64,000 bases of DNA, from the NCBI GenBank assembly GCA_964234715.1, contig OZ174275.1, one strand, 5' to 3'. The stretch's first letter is position 1. Each line of letters opens with the position of its first letter. This stretch comes from Podarcis melisellensis (taxonomy: Eukaryota). A program made the translations under genes and the position numbers. Below, in pieces: positions 50,986 through 60,771 of the stretch. Below the pieces are notes generated by a model. It ran no database searches. It was not told where the DNA came from and was given only the letters and a program-made list of their open reading frames with translations.

Positions 50986-51810
50986 TGGCAAGCAAGGACA
51001 TGGCATGGCTCTGGCTGCCAAATTCCGCACAGGATTGAATCCTCTGAGCCGGATCGTATTTAGGACGGTTAATGATTGACTGCAAAGCCTTCTTACAGTA
51101 GGTGTTTGCATTTTCAAAAGGCAATTTTTCCATCAGTTCATTCTGGGCTGTAGTATTATCAACCTGCCTGGTGACTGCTTCTTTCAATCTATCTATAAAT
51201 TGATGGTAGGGCTCTGAATGTTGTTGTTTAATATTAACAAAAGAGCTAATAGGGAAAGCAGAAGGCAATTCCCCAGCCCACACAGATTCCTCCTCTAAGG
51301 ACAGAATTCCTTTCTGCCTAGCCAGGGAAAGTGAGGTGCGCACAGCTCCTGTAGGAGAGCACGCAGGGGTTGTGGCAGGCAAAGCAGGCAAAGGAGGAAG
51401 GGGAGGGGTGGATGGGTTTGTGGGCTGAGGTGTAGGGAGGGGTTGGCAAGGCTGCAATGGAGGCAAAAGCTTAGGATAAGGAGGGGGGGATTGTCTGCAA
51501 CAGCCCGAAGGGCAGGGGCCGAAGGAGACGCCTGGGGTCCTAATTTAGCAACGGCAGCTGCACATTTCTGCCAGGTGAGCAGACAATGAATTGAAGCCCT
51601 CGGTTCAGCAAAAAGGGTCTTCCCGATCTTTTGCCAAGTCCCCACCTCAAGGGACCCCCTTTCGGGGTAGGAGGGACATTGGCAAGCAATCTCACCAAGG
51701 AGCTGTTCAATTTCTTTTAAGGAAACATTAACACCCACAACTCGCTGTCTAACTAGAGAAAACAATTCCCTGGCATGTTCTTTCTGCAATTTTGTCAAAT
51801 CGCCCCCCAT
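50986..51810 (-). pseudogene. gag: ERV gag pseudogene (beta-type MA, PSAP/PPPY late domains, CA major homology region)
   Basis: ATG at 51810 'MGGDLTK...CPSYPERGSLEVGTWQKIGK' (betaretroviral matrix). MHR 'FVNIKQQHSEPYHQFIDRL...FENANTYCKKAL'. One-base frameshift in the G run near 51485. Confidence 0.88.
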
Positions 51811-51882
51811 ACTCACGAAGTAGCGCGCTGAGACTTTTCCAGTCAAGTGAAGTACAGGGGCTAGGCTGCGTAAGGGATCTGG

Positions 51883-51899
51883 CACGTCGGGGGTCACCA
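51883..51899 (-). other. Primer binding site, tRNA-Trp type
   Basis: Minus strand reads ...CCTACA-TC-TGGTGACCCCCGACGTG. This matches the ALV/RSV Trp PBS TGGTGACCCCGACGTGAT with one extra C. Confidence 0.85.
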
Positions 51900-51901
51900 G
51901 A

Positions 51902-52353
51902 TGTAGGAATGAAAATCACGGGAGACGAGTAGTAGGTGTCATGTGAGAGGCGTCTGCCGGGGAAGTCCCGGGACCTCTCTTTTATTGAATATTACAAGCA
52001 TTGCCACAGGTGTGGTTGTGGCTGATTGGTTGATACAAACACAAAGAAACTCATTGCCTATTGGTTAATGCAAATGCAAGGCGGGAATTACATGTGAGGG
52101 GTGGGAATTACATGTGAACATTAATCACTGGTAGATTAAAGGCTGGGAAACAAGGTTGGGACTAGACAAGCATGAAACCTCCTAATTAATTATATGGCAT
52201 AAAACAATTACTAATGATTGATCATAACATATAACAATCGAGTTCCGTAGATGTGGTCAGCTATGCACTGAGAACAGGTCAACATGAACTTAAGATGAAT
52301 TGAGCAAAGGAAAGAATGTCTTGGTGTTTGGAACAGGTTCGTACAGTGTGTGC
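51902..52353 (-). repeat. Internal 5' LTR (452 bp, U3 5' part missing)
   Basis: Direct repeat of 49035-49486 (offset 2867), immediately upstream of the PBS. Confidence 0.9.
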
Positions 52354-52485
52354 GAACTCGCAAAAAAGAAAAGAAAGGGGGAGATAAAGGGAAGTTTTCC
52401 TTCTGCACATAACTGTGGCCTTATGGGAAGTCTTGCTATGGGAAGTCTTGCTTCTTTCCTCTTGCATTCTGGGAAGTCTCACTTA

Positions 52486-53348
52486 TATGGTGAACTGCAC
52501 AAAAACCAACAGTGTAAAAATGGGCAAGGATAACTTCAATTGTTCTGATTATGTAAATATTTCATATATATATAAATACACAGAGCTGCCTGACGGCTGG
52601 TTTTGGTCGTATCCAGGCTTTACGTTTAATTACATTCCTGCAAACATCAGCCATGTCACACCTTGCTGTTTAAGCCGTATGTCTATTATTTTACCAAAAA
52701 AGCATCATTTGTCCCGCTCTCGATATTGACGCTCTGTGCAATTGACTAATGATTATAACGATTTTGTTTTTCTCCCTAGCAGATCTGAATATTTCTCTCT
52801 AGCTGTCTCTCTTTTAGGAGTTCCTGGATTGGCTGTACGAAATAGCAGAAATATTAACTCTTTAGCTTGCTCCGCAGCAAAAGCCTTGAATTCTACTTCA
52901 CAAGCTCTTCACCTTTTGAATAAAGAACAGAGTGAATTGCGTCATGGACTCTTACCACGCTGCTATCGATTACCTATTGATGCTCCATCACTACGGATGC
53001 GAACAAGTGGAAAACATGTGCTGTTTTAATATCACTGACAATTCTAAGGCTTTTCAAAAACAAATCTCTCATTTGCAAAATCTCACACATCATATCAAAC
53101 AGGATGTTGGTCTTCCTGCTTTCTGGGATTCTTTCACCCAGTGGCTTACCGCTTGGTTACCAAACCTTATTTGGCTTCGTAATCTCTTTCAATATGCTAT
53201 TGTCATAATTTGCATGTTGATCTTACTATGCTGCTTCCTCCAATGCATTCCTGGCCTCATAAGTCTTTTCTCTCGGCTTCTCTCTCCCCCTCAACCACCC
53301 AATAAAATCCTCGCTGCTTATTTTGCAAAGTGGCGATACCAATTGTAA
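52486..53348 (+). pseudogene. env: Inverted duplicate of ERV env (SU 3' half plus TM)
   Basis: ORFs 52736-53029 and 52932-53348 translate identically to 50131-50424 and 49812-50228. Confidence 0.88.
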
Positions 53349-53534
53349 ACCAAAGGGGAGATATGGGCAGATTTATTTCGAGCATGCGTTGGCAAACCAC
53401 GTATCTCGTAGTATCTTCTGTCCCATCCTCCCTGGCGAACTTATTTTGGGCATTTGCTGGCACACCACTAATCCCGAAATATTTTTGCCTTATTTACCCA
53501 GTACGCCTCGAAAAAAAGAAAAGAAAGGGGGAGA

Positions 53535-54125
53535 TAAAGGGAAGTTTTCCTTCTGCACATATGCTTTCCCTCTACACATAACTGTGGCCTTATGGGAAGT
53601 CTTGCTATGGGAAGCATTGCTTCTTTTCTCTTGCATTCTGGGAACTCTCGCTCATGATCTTTTCTCTGTTTCTGCACACACTGTACGAACCTGTTCCAAA
53701 CACCAAGACATTCTTTCCTTTGCTCAATTCATCTTAAGTTCATGTTGACCTGTTCTCAGTGCATAGCTGACCACATCTACGGAACTCGATTGTTATATGT
53801 TATGATCAATCATTAGTAATTGTTTTATGCCATATAATTAATTAGGAGGTTTCATGCTTGTCTAGTCCCAACCTTGTTTCCCAGCCTTTAATCTACCAGT
53901 GATAAATGTTCACATGTAATTCCCACCCCTCACATGTAATTCCCGCCTTGCATTTGCATTAACCAATAGGCAATGAGTTTCTTTGTGTTTGTATCAACCA
54001 ATCAGCCACAACCACACCTGTGGCAATGCTTGTAATATTCAATAAAAGAGAGGTCCCGGGACTTCCCCGGCAGACGCCTCTCACATGACACCTACTACTC
54101 GTCTCCCGTGATTTTCATTCCTACA
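53535..54125 (+). repeat. ERV LTR, right copy (inverted; may start at 53363)
   Basis: Follows the PPT AAAAGAAAAGAAAGGGGGAGA (53511-53534). Octamer ATTTGCAT at 53952, two CCAAT boxes, AATAAA at 54041, ends CCTACA. Confidence 0.8.
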
Positions 54126-54467
54126 CCCCCCAAAATAGGTTGTAATCCCAAAAAAGGGACACGCACTTCCACGTTTGACGTGGTTGTAATCCAAAATGGT
54201 TGTAATCCAAACCAAGATACCACTGTAATTCCAGGGGAATCAAGTTTATTTCTGTTAGCTATAAATCCATTTATTGCAACAGAGTCCATGTGAATTTGGC
54301 TCTCTTTTTGAGCCCTAGAAAACTGGAAGGTTTTGCCTTGTAACATTTACTGTGTCACTGTGATATTACTTTTATAAAAAAATGAGGCCTATGTTTAAAA
54401 CACTGTTGTCTGTGTGACAATTCTTCTTCTTACTACGTTGCTGCCAGAGAATACAAAATATACAATT

Positions 54468-54714
54468 CAGGGGTCAGCAAACTTTTTCAGCAGGGGGCTG
54501 GTCCACTGTCCCTCAGACCTTGTGGGGGGCCAGAGTATTTGGGGGGGGGAATGAACGAATTCCTATGCCTCACAAATAACCCAGAGATCCATTTTAGGTA
54601 AAAGGACACATTCTACTCATATAAAAATACACAAATTCCTGGACCATCCGCGGGCTGGATTTAGAAGGTGATTGGGCCGGATCTGGCCCCTGGGCCTTAG
54701 TTTGCCTACCCATG
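54468..54714. mobile_element. hAT-type MITE (same family as 665-906)
   Basis: Collinear similarity to 665-906. Confidence 0.8.
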
Positions 54715-54727
54715 GATAAGATGATTG

Positions 54728-55252
54728 CTGTATTTTTCGCTCTATAGGACGCACCGGATCATAGGACGCACCAGAACATAGGAGGGGGAGAATGGGGGGG
54801 GGATTCTCCTCCTCTCTGCTCAGCGCCCCTTCAGCGAAGCAATAGGAGAAACGGAGCCCCTTCCATTTCTCCTCCTGATTCGCTGAAGGGGCGCTGCGCA
54901 GAGAGGGAAAACTGTTCAGCGCCTGCAAAGCGAAGCCTGGAGAGCAAGAAGGATCGGTGTGCACTGACCCCTCTCACTCTCCAGGCTTCAGGCGGCTATC
55001 CGCAAGCCTTCGGAACACAGCGGGAACTCCTGCTGCGCTTTGAATGCTTGTGGATAGCTGCCTGAAGCCCTCGGAGCGCAGCGGGAGATCGTGCTGTGCT
55101 CCGGAGGCTTCAGGCTTCTCCCTCTGCACTTCGGAGGCTTCACATTGCTATTGCTGAAGCCAAGGAGCCTGCATTCGCTCCATAAGATGCACACACATTT
55201 CCCGTTAATTTTTGAAGGGGAAAAAGTGTGTCTTACAGAGCGAAAAATACGG
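54728..55252. mobile_element. Tc1/mariner-superfamily (pogo/Tc2-like) non-autonomous element
   Basis: TIRs C(T)GTATTTTTCGCTCTATAGGACGCAC / GTGTGTCTTACAGAGCGAAAAATACGG. GC-rich interior with internal inverted repeats. Confidence 0.75.
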
Positions 55253-55674
55253 TAAAAACAAGCAAACCTGGAACAGCTTCTGTTAGAGCAGAGCAGTGCA
55301 TGCTCTATATGAGGAAACCCTTCTATAGCCAGTGGTTCAAGTGCCAGAAAGTCATTACTGTAAACATGGGGTGGGAAACATTTGTATGTAGATGGAGTGT
55401 TGCATTCACCCAAGGAAAGACAAATGTGGGTGGGGCCGGACCTGGCAGTGGACCACCCATTTTTTCTCGGCCACTATTCCCCTCTTCCTTCCCCTAATTT
55501 CTCTCTCTCTCTCCTTCCTTCCCTCTCCCCTTGCCCCTGGGGAACATTTTTTGTTGAACGGTTGGTTGTATGTCTGTTTGCTTGTTTATTAGAAGTACTG
55601 TATTTATATTTGACTCCTCCAGCGAGTTTGCCTCACTCTGAACTGTTCACAACCATCCAAATCAACGTATATTA

Positions 55675-55889
55675 CAGTGGTATCTCGGGTTAAGAACTTA
55701 ATTCGTTCTGGAGGTCTGTTCTTAATCTGAAACTGTTCTTAACCTGAGGTACCACTTTAGCTAATGGGGCCTCCCACTGCTGCCGCACGATTTCTGTTCT
55801 CATCCTGAGGTAAAGTTCTTAACCCGAGGTACCATTTCTGGGTTAGCGGAATCTGTAATCTGAAGCGTCTGTAACCCAGGGTGCCACTG
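55675..55889. mobile_element. Tigger/pogo-like MITE (family A)
   Basis: TA|CAGTGGTATCTCGGGTTA...TAACCCAGGGTGCCACTG|TA. Confidence 0.85.
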
Positions 55890-56438
55890 TACTGGGGAAA
55901 AGGAAACAATCCGGTTGTGAAGTTGCTTAGTGCTTCGGATAAAGTACGATATAAGGACATGATCTGAAGCAGCCAGGCATCTTCCTTGCTAGATGTTGCG
56001 TAGCATCTCACAAAGATGTTATATGGCACAATTTTGGATAGTGAAAAGGCATGAAGTGGGCAAGACAAGGGATGATTCACCTCTGTGAATCATTTATTTT
56101 GTAAAACAAAACAAAACAAAACCCAGGATATATATCTTCTAAATAACTAACATGTCATCCCTTACATCTTCCAAGCAACAACCTAAAGACTTTCCATTAA
56201 TGCAAGTGCTCATTGGAGATAAAGTGATAAGATACCTGTTGCTGATACTCATAACTATACAGTTATGTTTGCATGCAACACACTTTACCATCTCATTCTT
56301 CATCACCACAAATATATTATTATATTCAGATTTAAGGGGTGAGGATCTGAAGTAAAGTAATGGTGACTTTACGGATTTGTTGTTGTTTAGTCGTTTAAAG
56401 TCCCAGAGAAATTTGTCAGAAAATGATTCACTGTAGTA

Positions 56439-56816
56439 TTGTTGTCATTTAGTCGTTTAGTCGTGTCCAACTCTTCATGACCCCATGGACCAGAACACGC
56501 CAGGCACTCTTGTCTTCCACTGCCTCCCGCAGTTTGGTCAAACTCATGCTGGTAGCTTCAAGAACACTATCCAACCATCGTGTCCTCTGTCATCCCCTTC
56601 TCCTTGTGCCCTCCATCTTTCCCCACATCAGGGTCTTTTCCAGGGAGTCTTCTCTTCTCATGAGGTGGCCAAAGTATCTGAGTCTCAGCTTCAGGATCTG
56701 TCCTTCCAGTGAGCACTCAGGGCTGATTTCCTTCAGAATGGATAGGTTTGATCTTCTTGCAGTCCATGGCACTCTCAAGAGTCTCCTCCAGCACCATAAT
56801 TCAAACGCATCAATGC
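56439..56816 (-). mobile_element. BovB (RTE-clade LINE) 3' fragment
   Basis: 'IDAFELWCWRRLLRVPWTARRSNLSILKEISPECSLEGQILKLRLRYFGHLMRR' plus the BovB 3' UTR and (CAA)n-type tail. Confidence 0.92.
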
Positions 56817-58185
56817 TATTTTGGACTTGCTGAGTGCTCACCTTCCCTAATCACGTAAATTTTGTTTTTGTTTTCCTCAAATATGACATAATTGCAGGTG
56901 CCTCGACTCCAGAAATGGAGCAAGAAAATAATTTTCCCCACCTCTCAAGAGTTAATAAAGCCTTAAAGAGTTAAAGAGTGCATTATCACTCAAACTGATG
57001 TAAAGGAAGTCTTACTAGCACTAAGTGCTGTGTGAATTGCACTATTATCTGGCACAAAGACCTTAAACACCATAAATCACACCAGGGTGCATCCCTCTCT
57101 GGCTGCTGATCCATAATCCCCCAATGCCCTGAGCTTTCAGAAGGTAATCTTTCAACAATAGGATGAGCTGAGAATTGTGTTCTCCTAGGATTTGTGTTGC
57201 AATTTAATGTGTGTAGCTTTAGTGGTGAGAAGAGCCACTTGTATCCCATTCAAAATTTTCAGGAATTTAAAAATACCTTTTATAAATTGCATGGGGTGGG
57301 GTGGGGAACCTAATTAATTTCAGAAAGTGCATGCTGCCCCTCAATTAAAAAAACCATTTTCAAGACTACAGAATATGTTTATTCACTCGTCCCCTCCTTT
57401 CTAGCTAGTTTCCAGACAGAGAAATTCTGGACTCTGGGGTACCTCAATATTACCTATTTCAAACAACGGTGGAATTAGTTGAGTTCTGTCACATTTTACC
57501 ATTGCTCAAGCATGGATAAAGAAAAAAAGTGTTAGAACATTTCTTCAATAGCTATTGACAAGGCCTGAGAGCACCAAACTGTTCCTTGTTTAAGCAACCA
57601 ACCCCATCAAATATATTTGTTTCCTTTGAGAGAACAGAACACAGATTATATTGACTGAGTAACCAAGACTGTTTGTTTGTGTGCTACAATTATTTACCAT
57701 CTTGCTATAATACAATTCACATTTGTATTTTGAAGATAGTATTCATGCTCTTGTGTTACATTTCTCCTTTGTTTTTCTAAGTCTAGCAATTATCTTAAAG
57801 TTCTTCAAGCCATAATGACAATATTTGTAAAGGGACATGTCTGGGGGAAATCGATTGGTGTTTGTATAAGTTATAAACTATAGTCCTTTACGTGTTTTTC
57901 TTCAACCCAAATGTCTCCATATTGCTGTGATTCCAGTGTTGCAAGGGATTGGAATAGATGGCGCCTTGGATCTCCACAGTTCTATGATTCAAGGATCCTT
58001 TCATTGACATGGGCTCTCTTTTAAAAACTGCATCAAATTAAAACTTACATTGATAAACTGTCCAGTAAATATCACAGATCTGGTGCTTGCCAGCACCAGG
58101 AAAACACTGATCAAAGGCACATAGGCATCCATCCCCATGCACAAAGTTGCATCATAACCATCAACAGACCACAAAAGATGTAGGT

Positions 58186-58397
58186 CAGGCCTGTCCAACC
58201 TGTAGATCACAATCTACCAGTCGATCGCGGGCTGTCCCTGGTCAGTCCTGGTTGATTGTGTGATCTTGAGAGATCCCCCCCAATAAAAATAAAATAACAA
58301 AAACGCTCAACAACTCTGGTCAATCCAATGGGTAGATCACTGCCAGTTTATTTATAGTGGGAGTAGATTGCAGTCTCTTGGAAGTTGGACACCCCTG
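58186..58397. mobile_element. hAT-type MITE
   Basis: CAGGCCTGTCCAAC...GTTGGACACCCCTG TIRs and a perfect 8-bp TSD ATGTAGGT. Confidence 0.85.
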
Positions 58398-59157
58398 ATG
58401 TAGGTGAACTATGATTTAAAGATGGCTCTGAGGTGGCCCTTCATGTGCATGTCATGTGCCCCCTTCCCTAGTGTTCTTTTCTATCTCTCACACAAACCTG
58501 ACCTCTGAGTAATCCCCCGTCTTCCCTACCACTCCATTTTTCTCCCACAGTTGTCTCCCAGATAGCTTCCCTTTGCTTCCTACTATTTCAGTCGCTCATC
58601 TTTCTGTTCAGCTACTTGGGTGCTGATCTGAGCCTTGAGAAGTAGAGCTGAAAAAGCATGTAGTAGCGTGTGTCATTCTTCCCCACCTCCTCTTTCACCT
58701 CCAAACTTTTCAAGACTCTGCCGCTCCGGTGCCAATATGAGCCTTGAAAAGTAGACAGAGCTGAAAGAGGAAGTGGAAAGGAGCCCCTCACCATCTCATG
58801 ATGAAAGGGGGAGTGAGGGGGCTCAAAGTCTTCAGGACCACCAAGGAAGGTCCTCAAGGGAACCATCACCCAAAGTTTGGTAGAAGGTACCAACTGAAAA
58901 TGCTGCAAAAGTCAGCAACGCTGACAGCATAACTATATGCAGGCTTACTTGGAAGAAAATTATATTTTGTTCAATAGCCTTGCACCCTCATTTGTTTAGG
59001 TTCACAGCCTTAAACATTCAAAACAATGTGATAAAAGGAAGAAAAAAGAAGAAGTATAAAGCTCAAAATGGACACAGGAGTAGGATGAAAATTTGCTTCT
59101 CGCCGCCTGTTTTCAATGTAGGCCCATCTAATTGTGGCAGGTTACAGACTGTGGCTA

Positions 59158-59461
59158 AGGACGCGAGAGGCGCTGTGGTCTAAACCCTGTTCCTCGGTCC
59201 CTGCTCCTGCCCACCTAGTAGTTCGAAAGCACGTCAAAGTGCAAGTAGACAAATAGTTACCACTCCCGCAGGAAGGTAAACAACGTTTCTGTGCACTGCT
59301 CTGGTTTCGCCAGAAGTGGCTTAGCCATGCTGGCCACATGACCCAGAAAAACTGTCTGCGGACAAACGCCGGCTCCCTCAGCCAGTAAAGCGAGATGAGT
59401 GCCACAACCCCAGAGTCATTCGCGACTGGACTTAACTGTCAGGGGCCCTTTACCTTTACCT
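59158..59461 (+). mobile_element. Sauria SINE (internal deletion in the tRNA region)
   Basis: (ACCTTT)n tail and 16-bp TSD TTACAGACTGTGGCTA. Confidence 0.9.
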
Positions 59462-60702
59462 TTACAGACTGTGGCTATGCTTCAGAGTGGAACAGAAATG
59501 AACCCATATGTCTGGAAAGGAGCTCAGAGAATGTGTTGATTGATGTGGTTTTGTTTAATAATCATAGACAACTCTATAGGAAAGCCACAGGATGAACGGG
59601 GAATGGGCAGGAAAAACATCAACATGGTAAGTCCTCAGTTGCTCTCTGCATTTCTTCTGAAGCATCTTACATGGTTTGAGACAGGGTGCCATGCTGAAGT
59701 CATCATTAATTATAATTCATATTATGATTAAGCATCATTGCTTCCAGTTCAGCACATTGAGTTGTATCACATCTCAGCCCCATCCTATCCAGAGTCACAA
59801 TCGATGGGCCTAACTCTGCCAAAATAAAGCTGCATGGCTACAGTCCTATGGATGCTTCTTTTGGAATAAGTCTCATTGAATTCAGCTGGACTTACTTATG
59901 TGTAGACATGTTGCTCAAGGTTTCTCAGACAACATTGATTATGAGATTATCAGTATTCCAGCTCTGCTACAATCAAACAACCCTCTGGTTCATACAAAAG
60001 CTGTCCTGGAATAAATAACAAAGGCAACGAAGTTTTGGGGTGTCTTTGTTAATTTTAAAACATAGTGAGTCACCAGCATCCTGTTAAAAATGCTTTGTAT
60101 GCATTCTTCTGGTGAGAGAGAGGGGAGAAGGAATAAAAGCCACAGTTATCAGAAATCTGTCCCTTATTCTGTAACGTGGGAATGTGTTTCTGCTTATTTC
60201 TGCCTCTTCTCCTTCGCTCTCCCGCCCCACCCCGATTCATTTTATGTTCTAAATCCCATCAGAAGGTTAATTGTGTTAACAGGAGTTACTGCCACAGGGG
60301 AAAGATGTGATTGAATGCTGAGTGCAGTTTTAGTTGATAACCTCAGAGTGACTGAAAGGGCACAAAAAGGGGGCCGATCTACTCTGAAGGGGCTGTCAGT
60401 CACTCAGGAAAAATGCGGCTGCTGGAGAAATGGCCTTATCTCCCAGGACACAAGGAAGAAAAGCTATCAAAATAATCTCAAGCCTGCACTCCTTCTAGCT
60501 TGTATGTCTCTGTCTGCAGGCCTGGCAGCTGAGCTACAGATATGACAAACTGGGCTTTTCATCGGGTGTGAATCATAAACAAACAAGCACAAGGCTCGGT
60601 ATATTCTTGGGCACAGTTTAAATGGCACGAAAACGTGCAATTCATCAGAAGGGCTAATGCGCAATGGTAAATAACAGGATTTTATTACACCAGTGAACTG
60701 TG

Positions 60703-60703
60703 A

Positions 60704-60771
<68 letters not shown>
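60703..60771. repeat. (GAAA)n microsatellite
   Basis: Direct inspection. Confidence 0.9.

Larger units (their letters stand above)
49035..54125. mobile_element. Rearranged class II endogenous retrovirus with inverted terminal arms (5,091 bp)
   Basis: TGTAGG...CCTACA ends with CCCCCC on both sides. Arms 49035-50674 and 52486-54125 are reverse complements (coordinate sum 103160 throughout). Contains gag and env remnants, a PBS, PPTs and three LTR copies. Confidence 0.92.
48939..54225. mobile_element. Tigger/pogo-like MITE (family B, ~190 bp) split by the ERV insertion (halves 48939-49034 and 54132-54225)
   Basis: Left TIR CAGTGGTACCTTGGTTT and right TIR AAACCAAGATACCACTG, with TA flanks. GGTTGTAA(T/C)CC subterminal repeats on both halves. 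Confidence 0.8.

Noticed and set aside
49035-54125. Interpreting the inverted-LTR element as a DIRS retrotransposon
   Set aside because: It has retroviral gag/env, a tRNA PBS, PPTs, TG...CA ends and an apparent TSD, with no tyrosine recombinase.
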